Positions 1 through 10,652 of a DNA stretch of 64,000 nt are shown here, piece by piece. The position numbers were made by a program, and so were the translations under genes. Each line of letters opens with the position of its first letter. Position 1 is the stretch's first letter. Origin of the DNA: an uncultured Chloroflexia bacterium (GTDB lineage: Bacteria > Chloroflexota > Limnocylindria > Limnocylindrales > CSP1-4). The stretch covers positions 82,529 through 146,528 of the forward strand of contig CAVSMY010000009.1 of assembly GCA_963729175.1 (NCBI GenBank), read 5' to 3'. Under the pieces are notes generated by a model that was given only the letters and a program-made list of their open reading frames with translations, was not told the origin of the DNA and made no database searches.

Positions 1-1517
1 TCCAGTCGCGCAGCCACATCTCGGCGTTCGCCGCGCCACCCGACGTGAACGTCAGGACGAACCGCGTCTCCGTCTCACGAAGGATCATCCCGTCGTCCAT
101 CACGTGGCCGCGTTCGTTCAGGAGGAGGGCGTAGCGCGACCGGCCGGGCCGGATGTCGGCGATGTGGCACGGGTAGATCCGCTCGAGCGCCTCGACGACG
201 TCCGGTCCGCTGACGACGACCTTCCCGAGGGTCGAGACGTCGCCGATCGAGACCCCGGTCCGGACCGCCCAGTATTCGCGGACGGCATCGCCGTAGTGCC
301 ACGGCCGCCACCAGCCGCCGAAGCGGTCCATCCGCGCGCCGAGGTCGAGGTGCTCCGCGTGGAGCGGCGTCCGGCGGAACGCATCGACGGTCGCGTCGGC
401 CGCCGCCTCCGCCAGGGTGATCCGGCTGGCGGCCGGGCGTGCGGTGAACGGCTCCGGAACAGTCCCCGCGCGGGCGGCGACCCAGGACCGGACATGGGGC
501 AGGCAGGCGCCCCCCTGGCACGTCCCGATACCGGCGAGCGTGGCCCGCTTGAGCAGCTCGAGGTCGGTGTAGCCCTTCGACCAGGCGTCCTCGAGGTCGC
601 CGACGGCGACGCCCATGCAACGGCAGACGATCGCCTCCGGATCGGTCGGAGCGGGCGGCAGCGACGACGCGCCCGCGGCCGCCCCGAGGGCCGACACGGG
701 GTCCGGCGCGGCTCGCCATCCGGGCGAGCACGTCGCGCGGGCTCCGCCCGAGGTCGACGATGACCGTCCGCGCCGGGGTCGAGGTCTCCCGACCGTCGGC
801 GGTCCGCGTCACGACGGCGGAGACCCGACCCGAGCCATCACCCTCGAACCGGACGAGCTCCGACCCGACGGTCACGACCGGCTCCGGCAGGGCGACGTCG
901 GCGGCGCGAAGCCGATCGGCCGCCCCTGGCGTGAGGAGTCCATCGAGGTCGTTGCCGCGGCAGACGGGCTGGATCTCCGCCGCCCCGGTCGCGACGACCA
1001 CCTCGTCCGCCTCGACATGCAGCATCCCGAGCGGGGTCCGGGCGATGACCGACGGCCCGTCGTAGATCCCGACGACGTCGGTGCCCTCCGCCGGGTCGAG
1101 GACCAGGAGATCGCCGTGATCGCCGACCTGGACGTGCTCGCCGCCGTCGCCTCCGACGACCACCCGCCCGACGAAGGCGCGGTCGACCTCGACGGCGCGC
1201 CCGACCGGCGTCGCGACCGGGTCCCCTGGCGGAAGCAGGGGCAGCGCGGGCTCGCCGTCGGCCGGATGCCGCACGACGACGGTGCCCGGTCGTGCCGGCA
1301 CGCGGCACGTCCGCGTGTAGGCGATGCCGTCGACGACCGCGAGGCAGTTCCCGCAGTCGCCCGCCAGACAGAGCGTCCCGCCGCGGGCCGGAGGCTCGCC
1401 CGCTCGCACGATCGCGACGGCGATCGAGTCGCCGACCCGGAACGGCATCGGTCGACCGTCGACCACGATCCGACCTTCGACCGGCGCCTCGGGCGGGCGG
1501 TCCGCGACCTCGGTCAC
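1..1517 (-). pseudogene. Sarcosine-oxidase-alpha-like multidomain oxidoreductase (N-terminal 2Fe-2S, FAD/NAD domain, BFD-like 2Fe-2S, C-terminal GcvT folate domain). The 3' end runs off the window. One frameshift near 698-716.
   Basis: GTG at 1517 overlaps the upstream stop (GTGA, 1514-1517). The frame of ORF 75..2462 reads GDCGNCLAVVDGIAYTRTC ... GRSPRDVLARMA and then degenerates into Arg/Pro-rich junk. From about 700 down to position 1, a different minus frame reads PEAIVCRCMGVAVGDLEDAWSKGYTDLELLKRATLAGIGTCQGGACLPHV ... STLGKVVVSGPD ... LLNERGHVMDDGMI ... EMWLRDW with no stop. These are BFD-like and aminomethyltransferase motifs. Confidence 0.8.
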
Positions 1518-3984
1518 GCCCGCATCCGAAGACCCTGGGGATCGAACAGCGGCTCGGGCTGGAGCCGCGCCGGCCGACGTCGCCCGACGATCTCGATCTC
1601 GAACGCCGAGCCGCCCGGCCCGTCCGGCGACGAGAGCGCGGTCGGCACGTAGCCGAGCGCGATCGACTCCCGGACATGGTGACCGTAGCCGCCCGAGGTC
1701 ACCCAGCCGACGACCTCGTCGGCGTGCCAGATCGGCTCGTCGCCGATGACGTCCGCGGGCGCCTCCGGGTCGGGATCGACGACGAACGCCACGAGCCGGC
1801 GCGCCGGACCGCCGGCCGCGAGCTCGGCCTCGAACGCCGCCCGACCGATGAAGTCGTGGTCGAGCTTCACATAGCGCTGGAGTCCGGCCTCGGGGATCGT
1901 GTAGATCGGGCGGTATTCGCGGAACCAGGTGCCATAGCTCTTCTCGAGCCGGAGCGACATGAGGGCCCGCATCCCGAACAGCCGGAGCCCGAGAGGCTCC
2001 CCGGCGGCGACGATCCGGTCGTACAGCGCGCGCTGGTACTCGGGCCCGACCCACAGCTCGTAGCCGAGGTCGCCCGAGTAATTCAGCCGGGCGACGAGCG
2101 CCGGGATCATCCCGAGGTCGACCCGCCGGAACGACATGAACGGCGTGCCCTCGGCCGAGACGTCGAGGTCCGGGGCGACCGCCGCGAGAAGATCCCGCGA
2201 CCGCGGACCTGTGACCGACAGGCCGGTGAGCCCGAGACCCAGCACCTCGAACCGGACCGAGCCGTCGGCCGGCAGGTGGTGGCGGAACCAGCGCGAGTGA
2301 TGGACCTCCGCCGGGAGCGAGCCGAAGAGGTGGTAGTCCTCTGTCTCGGTCGCCCGCCCGACCGTGAACTCGCCGACGATCCGGCCGGCCTCGTTGAGCA
2401 TCGCGGTGAGGGTGATCCGGCCCGGCTGGGGCATCCGCTGGGTCAGGAGCGACGACAGCCACGCCTCCGAACCTGGACCGCTGACGCGGTACTTCGCGTA
2501 GTTGCTGATCTCGGTCATCCCGACCCGCTCGCGGACCGCGGCGACCTCCTCAGCCACGCAGCCCCAGGCGTTGGAGCGGTGGAACGTCACGTCCTCGTGG
2601 GGCTCCAGGCCGGGCCGCTGGAACCACAGCGCGTGCTCGAGCCCGAAGGTCGCGCCCCAGACGGCGTTCGCGGCGGTCAGGCGATCGTGGATCGGGGTCG
2701 TGAGGAGCGGCCGGCCGGCCGGCAACTCCTCGTTCGGGAAGGTGATCCGGAACCGCCGCCGGTAGTTCTCCTGGACCTTCGCGTTCGTGTACGCGAGCGT
2801 CGCGTAGTCGCCGAACCGGGCGATATCCATCGCCCAGATATCCATCCCGCTGTCGCCGGCATCGCCGGCCGTCATCCAGGCGGCCAGGGCCAGGCCGACG
2901 CCGCCGCCCTGCGACAGCCCAGCCATGACGCCGCAGGCGACCCAGTAGCCGCGCAGCCCGCGGATCGGACCGACCAGCGGATTGCCGTCCGGGGCGAACG
3001 TGAACGGCCCATTGACGATCCGCCTGATCCCGATCGTCGCCATCGGGGGGTAGTGCTTGAAGGCGACCGAGAGCTCGGGCGTGATCCGGTCCATCTGCGG
3101 GGCCAGGAGCTGCGACCCGAAATCCCACGGCGTCTCGCGCGGCGACCACGGTCGACAGTCCTGCTCGTATGTCCCGAGCAGCATCCCCGCACCTTCCTGG
3201 CGGATGTAGATCTCGCCGGCGAAGTCGAGCGCCATCGGCATCTCCTGGCCGGTCCGCTCGTTGTGCTCGGCGACCTCCGGCATCGGCTCGGTCAGGAGGT
3301 AGTGGTGCTCCATCGCCAGGACCGGCAGCTCGACGCCGACCATCCGGCCGACCTCGCGGGCCCATAGCCCACCGGCGTTCACGACGTGCTCGGCATGGAT
3401 CGCGTCGCCGCTCTCGAGCCGGACCGTCCAGGTCCCGTCGGATCGCTGCTCGAGGCCGACGACGGGGGTGTGCTGGTGGACCTCCGCCCCGGCCAGCTGG
3501 GCGCACTTCACGTAGGCGCGGGTGACGCCGGTCGGGTCGACGTGGCCCTCGACGTGGTCGTAGAGCGCACCGACGAAGTACTGCGGGTCGAGCAGCGGGA
3601 AGAGGTCGCGGGCCTCGGTCGCGGAGATCAGCTCCAGCTGCATCCCGAGGTAGCGGCCCCGGGCCTGACGGCCATCCGAAGGAAGTCCATCCGCGTCTCG
3701 TCGCTGGCGAGCATCAGCCCGCCCGGCAGATGGATCGAGCAGTCCTGGCCGGAGACCCGTTCGATCTCCTCGTACAGCTGGATCGTGTACTGCTGGAGCC
3801 GCGCGACGTTCGGGTCGCCGTTGAGGGTGTGCATGCCACCGGCGGCGTGCCACGTCGAGCCCGCGGTCAGCTCGCGCCGCTCGAGGAGCATGACGTCGGT
3901 CCAGCCGGCCTTCGTCAGGTGGTACAGGACGCTGGCGCCGACGACGCCACCACCGATGACGACGACCTGGGCCGATGTCTTCAC
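1514..3984 (-). pseudogene. Dimethylglycine-oxidase/dehydrogenase-like FAD oxidoreductase with C-terminal GcvT (aminomethyltransferase, folate-binding) domain. One frameshift near 3667-3672.
   Basis: The N-terminus lies in ORF 3628..4053: GTG at 3984, 7 nt after GGAGGG, then KTSAQVVVIGGGVVGASVLYHL ... STWHAAGGMH ... DETRMDFLRMA. The rest lies in ORF 1514..3853 from RQARGRYLGMQLELISATEARDLFPLLDP through GYWVACGVMAGLSQGGGVG and the GcvT part (NYSGDLGYELW, LRLEKSY). The join needs a 1-nt correction at a CC/GG run. Confidence 0.85.
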
Positions 3985-4049
3985 GCGGGCTCCCTCCGGA
4001 TGGGACACGCGAAGCCTACGCGGGGATGCCGGGCGCCGTTGAGGCGGCG

Positions 4050-4460
4050 TCAATCGAGAACGAGCGGGACGCCGGCGGCCCGACAGGCATCGGACAGCCG
4101 CGCGTCGAGCGTCGCCAGGGCAAGCCCACGGAACGCGGCGAGGTCCAGATACACGGCGTCGTACACGCTCAGGTCGTGCTGGCGGGCGGTGTCGATGGCA
4201 CCGAGGGCGGTGGACAGCTCCACCGGGACCACGTCCACGGGCAGCCCATGAACGAGCGATCTGAGAGCCGGGATCTCATCTTCCCGGATCCGTCTCCGGC
4301 GCACCGCGGCGATGATCGCGTTCGCGACCTCCAGCGGCCAGTGGGCCGGCGCCACGGCGCCTTCCTGGAGGACCCGGATCAGGACCGCCTCCGCCGCATC
4401 GCTGCGCTCGTCGCGGAGATACCAGGCGAGGGTGACCGATGCGTCGACGACGAACGTCAC
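4050..4460 (-). CDS. vapC: PIN-domain ribonuclease toxin VapC
   Basis: 136 aa. Starts MTFVVDASV (first acidic PIN residue) and later has DLSVYDAVYLDLA. It overlaps the upstream antitoxin gene by 4 bp (4457-4460). Confidence 0.9.
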   Translation of the reverse strand: MTFVVDASVTLAWYLRDERSDAAEAVLIRVLQEGAVAPAHWPLEVANAIIAAVRRRRIREDEIPALRSLVHGLPVDVVPVELSTALGAIDTARQHDLSVYDAVYLDLAAFRGLALATLDARLSDACRAAGVPLVLD

Positions 4461-4696
4461 CGACGACCCTCGTCGATCAGCTCACGGATCGTCACGCCTC
4501 GAAGGGGATGAGCCATGCGGAACTGCCTGATCCGTGACCTCAACGCCTCGGTGTCCGGGCGCTCGGTCGTCGTCGGAGGGACGAGGATCGCGACAGGGCG
4601 GCCGTGTTTCGTGATCGTGATCCGCTCGCCCCGAGCGACGTCGTCCAGGAGTCTCGGCAGGTGTGTCTTCGCCTCATACGCACCGATCGTCCGCAT
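4457..4696 (-). CDS. vapB: Phd/YefM-type antitoxin partner of VapC
   Basis: 79 aa. MRTIGAYEAKTHLPRLLDDVARGERITITKHGRPVAILVP is a typical Phd/YefM N-terminal fold signature. It is translationally coupled to vapC. Confidence 0.85.
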   Translation of the reverse strand: MRTIGAYEAKTHLPRLLDDVARGERITITKHGRPVAILVPPTTTERPDTEALRSRIRQFRMAHPLRGVTIRELIDEGRR

Positions 4697-4702
4697 GCCA
4701 TC

Positions 4703-4731
4703 AGACTAGTCGCAGACCAGTCTATCGTCAA
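4703..4731 (-). promoter_or_regulatory. Putative sigma-70-type promoter and operator of vapBC (near-leaderless)
   Basis: The minus strand reads TTGACG, 17 nt, TAGTCT, then 6 nt to the ATG at 4696. The spacer and -10 region carry AGACTGGTCT and GACTAGTC palindromes, which are candidate autorepression sites. Confidence 0.45.
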
Positions 4732-5114
4732 TGATCAGCTGCGGAGTGTGGTCGCTGGCGCCGGAGCCACGCAGGTTTCCGCGGTCAGTGAACAGGATCC
4801 ACCACGTCGGTGCCGCTCCTTGGTCAGTCCGGGCACCTCCGTGATCGTTCGGGCGGCGGCGATGCGCACGGACGCATGCGACGACGTCATCTCGGGCGGT
4901 CAGATGGGCTCGGACCGGCACTAGCACTGCGGTTCGCTCGCCCCTGTTCACTGATCGTGAACATCTGCATGGCTGACCGTCGACTGCGGCCGTCGGTGCT
5001 CGGGTGAGGCATCGCCGGCATCGGTCGGCGGGACAGCGGTCGAGTCGCATGCACTGATGGGCATCGCCGCGCGGCCCAGGATGCCGGACCGGACGTTACG
5101 CCGGTCGCCGGGAT

Positions 5115-6680
5115 TCAGTAGTCGGTCGGGACCCCGCCCTCGGCGACGCGGCGGTCGACGAACGCCTGGAGCTCCTCGGCGATCGCCGGGTCGATCGGTG
5201 GCGGCTCGTATGCCTCGAGGAGCTCCTTCCAGACCCGGTTGGCCTTCTCGGGCACCTCCGGCGAGCCGGCCTCCTGCCAGCTCTCGTAGTTCCGCCAGTC
5301 GCTGAGCATCGGCTTGTGGAAGGCCGTCTTGAACCGCGACTGGGTGTGGTCGACGCCGAAGAAGTGGCCGCCCGGCCCGACCTCCCGGATCGCCTCGACC
5401 GCCAGGCTGTCGTCGTCGACGACGATCGGCTCGAGGAAGGTCTCGACCATCCCGAGCAGCTCGGCGTCGAGGATCATCTTCTCGTAGCTGGCGTGGAGGC
5501 CGCCCTCCATCCAGCCGGCGCCATGCATCAGCATGTTCACGCCGCCCATGATCGCGCCCCACAGCGAGAACACCGACTCGTAGGCCGCCTGGGCGTCGAG
5601 GGCGTTGGCGGCGTTGACGTTCGACGAGCGGTACGGGACGCCGTACCGCCGCGCCAGCTGCCCACCGACCATCGCGGTCCGCATGTACTCGGGCGTGCCG
5701 AACGCGGGCGCGCCCGACTGCATGTCGACGTTCGAGGTGAAGCCGCCGTAGATGACCGGCGCACCGGGCCGGACGATCTGGGTCAGGACGATGCCGGCCA
5801 GCGCCTCGGCGTTCTGCTCGACGAGGGCGCCGGCGAGCGTCACCGGCGCCATCGCGCCCGAGAGCGTGAACGGGGTGATGCAGACGACCTGGTTCCGCTC
5901 GGAGAAGGCGATGATGCCCTGGAGCATCGGCAGGTCGAGCCGCAGCGGCGACGACGAGTTGACGACGGTGAAGACCGACGGCTCGCGATCGAGGGTCGCG
6001 TCGTCGATGCCGCGCGAGATCCGGACCATCTCGAGCACGTCGGTGTTCCGGCGCCGGCCCAGGCTGTAGCAGTGGATCGCCTTGTCCATCAGGGTCAGGG
6101 CGTCGTGGGTCGCGTGGAGGTACCGGATCGAATGGTGGATGTCGACCGGCTCGACGGGATAGCCGGCCAGGAAGTGGACCGGCGTGAGCGACTGGCCGAG
6201 CCGGAGGAGGTTCTGGTAGTCCTCGCGGTTCCCGATGCGGCGGCCGCGATCGAGGTCGGCCACATTCGGCGGGCTGCCGACGGTCCCGAAGGCCGTCCAG
6301 TCGCCGCCCATCCGCAGGTCATGGTCCGGATTGCGGGCGTGGAGCGTGAACGTCGACGGCGCCGTCCGGATCAGCTGCGTCACCATCGCCGGGTCGAACC
6401 GGACGCGGTTCGAGTCCGGCGAGACATCCGCGCCGGCGACCCGCAGCCGCTCGCGCGCGTCGGCGTCGAGGAAGTCCATCCCGATCTCGGACAGGACCCG
6501 GAGCGAGGCCTCGTGGATCGACTCGAGCTCATCGGCCGAGACCGCCTCGGTCGGGCGATACCGGATCCGCGGCTGGGCCCACGGTCGTTGTTGGGGCAGC
6601 CGACTGCGCTCGTGCGCCGCTCGCCCACCGCGGCGCCGACGGATCGTGTCGTCGCCGGTGGTGCCGTGGATCTCGGTCAT
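5115..6680 (-). CDS. MttB-superfamily methyltransferase, non-pyrrolysine type (quaternary-amine/betaine:corrinoid methyltransferase-like)
   Basis: ORF 5115..6809, using the internal ATG at 6680 (MTEIHG), which lies 50 nt after the upstream stop. Family motifs run through the whole length: SADELESIHEASLRVLSEIGMDF, PFTLSGAMAPVT, GAPVIYGGFTSNVDMQSGAPAFGTPEY, GPGGHFFG. There is no in-frame TAG. Confidence 0.9.
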   Translation of the reverse strand: MTEIHGTTGDDTIRRRRGGRAAHERSRLPQQRPWAQPRIRYRPTEAVSADELESIHEASLRVLSEIGMDFLDADARERLRVAGADVSPDSNRVRFDPAMVTQLIRTAPSTFTLHARNPDHDLRMGGDWTAFGTVGSPPNVADLDRGRRIGNREDYQNLLRLGQSLTPVHFLAGYPVEPVDIHHSIRYLHATHDALTLMDKAIHCYSLGRRRNTDVLEMVRISRGIDDATLDREPSVFTVVNSSSPLRLDLPMLQGIIAFSERNQVVCITPFTLSGAMAPVTLAGALVEQNAEALAGIVLTQIVRPGAPVIYGGFTSNVDMQSGAPAFGTPEYMRTAMVGGQLARRYGVPYRSSNVNAANALDAQAAYESVFSLWGAIMGGVNMLMHGAGWMEGGLHASYEKMILDAELLGMVETFLEPIVVDDDSLAVEAIREVGPGGHFFGVDHTQSRFKTAFHKPMLSDWRNYESWQEAGSPEVPEKANRVWKELLEAYEPPPIDPAIAEELQAFVDRRVAEGGVPTDY

Positions 6681-6729
6681 CGGGTCCGGTCCCGCGGCGC
6701 GGTCCCGTCCCGCGGTCCGCTCCAGGCCG

Positions 6730-7845
6730 TCATGCGGCCAGCCGCCGGACCGCGGTCTCGTCGAGCTCGATGCCGAGGCCCGGCGCATCGGGCACGCGGA
6801 GCAGGCCATCGGGGCCGGGCCGGATCGGCGTCGCGAGCATCGGATCGCGGCGCTCGGGGGTCCACGCCGGAGGGTCGTACGGGAACTCGATGAACGGGCC
6901 GCCGCCGATCCCCGCGGCGACGTGGAGGTTCGCCAGCAGGCCGATGCCGTTCGTCCAGGTATGCGGGCTGAACCATCGCCCGCGGGCGAGCGCCAGCTCG
7001 CCGATCATCCGGACCCGCGAGATCCCCGCGGCCAGGACGACATCCGGCTGGAGGACGTCGAAGGCGTCGGCGTCCAGGGCAGCGATGAGGTCGTGGACGG
7101 TCCGGGCCATCTCGCCGCCCGCGACGCGGATCCGGCTGCCGGCCCGGAGGGCGGCGAGACCCCGGAGGTCGTGACCCGCGAGCGGCTCCTCGACCCACAG
7201 GACGTCGAGCTCGGCAAGGGCGTCGGCGATCCGGCGGGCCGCCACGACGTCGAGCGCCGGCGCGGTGTCGCCGGCCATCCGCCAGCCCTGGTTCAGGTCG
7301 ACCATGATCGCCATCGTGTCCTCGACGGCATGACGGGTCGCGGCGACGGCGGCCAGACCGGCTTCGAGGCTGTCCGGCGTCCGCGGATCGACCCGGATCT
7401 TCAGCGCCCGGAACCCTTCCTCGCGGAGCCGGACGGCGCTCTCGGCGCGGGCCGCGGGCGCGAGGAGCCGACCGCACGAGGCATAGGCGGGGATCGCCTC
7501 GAGGCTCCCACCCAGCAGCGTCGCGACCGGCAGGCCGGCGGCCTTGCCGGCCACGTCCCACAGGGCCGCCTCGAGCGGCCAGTAGCGCGAGGCGTGGAAG
7601 TCGATCGTCTCGAGGACCCGGACGTGGCGGCCGATCGCAAGCGGATCCTGGCCGACGAACAGGTGCTCGTAGGCCTCGAAGCCGTCCATCGTGTCGCCCG
7701 AGCCGACGCCGATCAGGCCCTCGTCGGTCTCGACGCGGACGATCGTCGCCGCGAAGGACCGGCGCGGGACCGGGTCCCACGCCGCATCGAACGGCGGGTC
7801 GAGCGGCTCGAGGATCCGGTCCAGGCGGATGGCGCTGATCTTCAT
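6730..7845 (-). CDS. Enolase-superfamily enzyme (mandelate racemase/muconate lactonizing family); substrate unknown
   Basis: 371 aa. Metal-ligand positions fit the family (MVDLNQGW, LWVEEP, VAGGE), and the QPD and SPHTW motifs resemble the MR-type His-Asp dyad. Confidence 0.9.
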   Translation of the reverse strand: MKISAIRLDRILEPLDPPFDAAWDPVPRRSFAATIVRVETDEGLIGVGSGDTMDGFEAYEHLFVGQDPLAIGRHVRVLETIDFHASRYWPLEAALWDVAGKAAGLPVATLLGGSLEAIPAYASCGRLLAPAARAESAVRLREEGFRALKIRVDPRTPDSLEAGLAAVAATRHAVEDTMAIMVDLNQGWRMAGDTAPALDVVAARRIADALAELDVLWVEEPLAGHDLRGLAALRAGSRIRVAGGEMARTVHDLIAALDADAFDVLQPDVVLAAGISRVRMIGELALARGRWFSPHTWTNGIGLLANLHVAAGIGGGPFIEFPYDPPAWTPERRDPMLATPIRPGPDGLLRVPDAPGLGIELDETAVRRLAA

Positions 7846-7921
7846 GCGCTGGCGGGCAAGGGTCGGGCAGGCACGGCCCGGCCATCATCCCATGACGCCG
7901 GCGCGGCGAGGGTCGACAGGC

Positions 7922-10453
7922 TCACCCGCGGACGCGCTCGCCCGCCGGGTCCCACGCGGGATCGCGCACGACTGTCGCAGCCAGTCGCTCGCCGAACCAC
8001 TCGATCGTCAGCGGCGTCCCGGGTGCCGCCAGCTCGCGCGGCAGCATGACGCTCACCAGGTCCGCCCTGACGCAATAGCCGTAGGCGGCGCTCCGGACGT
8101 AGCCGACCATGCGGTCGTCGGACCGGACCGGCTCCTTCCCGAGCACGACAGAGCCCGGGTCATCGAGCGCGACCCACGCCAGCGCCCGGGATCGGCCGGC
8201 CTCCTTCTTCCGGGCCAGGGCATCCCGACCGACGAAGGCGCCCTTCCCGAGCCGGACGGTGAACCCGATGCCCGCCTCGAACGGGTCATCCTCCTCGGTC
8301 ATGTCGGTGCCCCACGCCCGATAGCCCTTCTCCATCCGCAGGCCGTCGTACGCGGCCCGACCGGCCGGCGATCAGGCCCAGCGGTCGGCCGGCCTCCCAG
8401 AGGACATCCCAGAGCCGTCGCCCCAGAGCCGCCTCGGTGTAGATCTCCCAGCCGAGCTCGCCGACGTAGGAGATCCGCTGGGCGAGGACCGGGACGTCGG
8501 CGATCGTGATCTCGCGGGCGGCGAGGTACGGGAACGCCGCGTTCGAGAGGTCGTCCGGCGACACGCTGGCGACGAGCTCCCGCGCCCGCGGGCCCCACAC
8601 CCCGACCGCGCACGACCCGGGGGTGATGTCCCGGACATCGACCCGCGTCCCGGGCTCCCGCGCGGCCCGGAGGTAGGCGATGTCCTGCGGGCCGTTGCAG
8701 CCGAGCTGGTAGCGGTCCTCGGCGAGCCGGGTGACGGTGATGTCGCTCCGGACGCCGCCGGTCGGCGTGCAGACGGCGGAGTACACGACGCTGCCGACCG
8801 GGACGGCCAGGTCGTTCGTGGCGAGTGCCCTGGAGGAACGACTCCGCGTCCGGGCCCTCGACGACCGCCTTGGTCAGCGACGTCAGGTCGAACATCGCGA
8901 CCTGCTCCCGCGTGGCCCGGTGCTCGGTGGCCGCCCGGGTCGACCAGAACGCGGCCGCCCAGCCGGCGCGGGCCGCGGGCGGGTCCTCCGGGTTCGCCTC
9001 GAACCACTGGGCCCGCTCCCAGCCCTTGCCCTCGAAGAAGACCCCGCCGAGCTCGACGAGGCGCTCGTGGAACGGCGCAGTCCGGAGGGGCCGCGCCACG
9101 CCGGACGGCTGCAGCGGGTGGACCAGGTCGTAGACCTCGTCGTAGTTCCGGGCGCCCCGCGCAGCGACGTACGCCGGAGTCGTCTGGACGGTCTCGAACC
9201 GGGCGATGTCGAGCTCGTGGATGTCCATCCCGGGGTCGCCATGGGTGAGCCAGTCGGCCATCACCCGACCGACGCCGCCGCCGTGGGTGAGCCAGATCGC
9301 CTCCGCGAACCAGGCCCCCCGGACGACCGGTGACTCCCCGAGCAGCGGCATGCCGTCCGGGGTGAACGAGAACATCCCCTGGAGCGTCTGGTCGATCCGC
9401 GTCGCCGCGAGCGCGGGCATGAGCCGGCGCGCCTCGTCCCAGGCGAACGTGAAGTGCTCGGGCTGCCACGGCCGGACCGAGGGCAGGTCGAGCTCCTCGC
9501 CGTGCGGGTTGACCGTCGCCGCCCCGGCCGGGCTGACCGTCCCGTGGCGACGGATGTCGCCCGGATCCACGAGCAGCGGCCGATGCTCGTACGAGCCGAC
9601 GCCGTAGCGATCGCCCTGCTGGCGGTAGTACATCGCCCGGTCCTGGTCGCGGGCCATCGGGTGGATGACCTCGCGGGTCTCGCCGGCGAGCTCGGCGACC
9701 GGCGTCGTGATCGCGTACAGGTGCTCGCAGACGGCCAACGGCACGGGCGTCCGGAGCATCCGTCCGAGGAGCGGACCCCAGATGCCGGCGCAGACGACGA
9801 CGAGCGGCGTCTCGATCGAGCCGCGGTCGGTCCGGACCGCCCGGACGGACCCGGCCCGGATGTCGAAGCCGGTCACGGTGGTGCGCGGGACAAGACTGGC
9901 CCCACGGGCCGCGGCGGCTCGGAGGAGCGCGGCGGTCGCACGGAGCGGCTTGCCGACCCCGTCCGCCGGGCAGTGATAGGCCCCCAGGAACGCGCCCGGG
10001 TCGAGGAGCGGCAGCAGCTCCCGCGTTTCCTCGGCGGAGATGATCCGGGCGCCCGGGCACGCCCCACGATGCAGCGACACCGAGCTTCCGACGATGGTCC
10101 CGCCAGCGCTCCTCGGTCCGGGCGATCTCGATCGTCCCGACCGGGAAGAAGCACGGCTGGCCGTCGAGCTCGAGACCCTTGAACAGCTCGACGGTCTCGA
10201 GGGCGAGACGGGTCATCGCCCGCGACCAGCCGGTCGCGAAGAAGCCGCCGGGCGCGTGCGACGTCGAGCCGCCGGTCTCCGGGATCGGACCCTGGTCGAC
10301 GACCGCGACGTCCGTCCAGCCACGCTCCGTCAGATGGGCGGCCAGACTCGCGCCGACGATGCCCGCGCCGATGACGACGACCGACGCGGCTCGGGGGACC
10401 GCGGCGGCATCGGCTGCAGTGAGGCTCGTGGGAGCGATCGGATCGGTCGTCAG
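7922..10453 (-). pseudogene. Second dimethylglycine-oxidase-like FAD oxidoreductase with GcvT domain. Three frameshifts (about 10050-10060, 8828-8830, 8356-8358).
   Basis: Four consecutive minus-frame pieces rebuild one protein. (i) AASVVVIGAGIVGASLAAHLTERGWTDV ... TRLALETVELFKGLE ... AASWGV. (ii) ARIISAEETRELLPLLDP ... HGGGVGRVMADWL ... EGPDAESFLQ. (iii) ALATNDLAVPVGSVVYSAVCTPTGG ... ISYVGELGWEIY ... RPLGLIAG. (iv) AAYDGLRMEKGYRAWGTDM ... IEWFGERLAATVV. The start is uncertain: CTG at 10453, 6 nt after GGAGG, or ATG at 10472 in another frame. Confidence 0.8.
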
Positions 10454-10530
10454 GTCTGACCTCCAGCGGCATCGTATCGCCTCGGTCCGGCACTCCCCCG
10501 GTCGTCACCGATGCGGCCCGCATCGGCGCG

Positions 10531-10559
10531 TTGACAGCCGGGGGTCGGGACCGTACGGT
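10531..10559 (+). promoter_or_regulatory. Putative sigma-70-type promoter of the ABC importer operon
   Basis: TTGACA (10531-10536), 17-nt spacer, TACGGT (10554-10559). It lies about 95 nt upstream of the GTG start at 10653, in the 199-bp divergent intergenic region. Confidence 0.5.
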
Positions 10560-10652
10560 TCCGTGGCCGGACCGTCGATCAGCGATGTCCCGGTGCGGAC
10601 GGGTCCCTGGCTCATCGCCACGACCCCCATGTGCCGCTCGAGGAGGAGGACC

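Noticed and set aside
4706-5050. ORFs 4706..5050(-), 4604..4924(+) and 4810..5007(+) in the gap upstream of vapB.
   Set aside because: No motifs, junk-like composition, no SD or promoter support, and they overlap one another. The region is reported as a non-coding gap.
5115-6680. Pyrrolysine-type trimethylamine methyltransferase (an in-frame amber codon) in either MttB gene.
   Set aside because: Both reading frames (5115..6680 and 16885..18435) are uninterrupted, with no internal TAG. They belong to the non-Pyl branch, so I do not call them mttB or assign TMA specificity.
6730-7845. Calling the enolase-superfamily gene a (hydroxy)proline-betaine 2-epimerase (HpbD-like), which would fit the betaine context.
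   Set aside because: As far as I recall, HpbD-type epimerases use a K-x-K plus Lys arrangement. This protein shows K-I-R, Q-P-D and S-P-H, which looks more like the mandelate-racemase/acid-sugar-dehydratase pattern. The substrate is left open.
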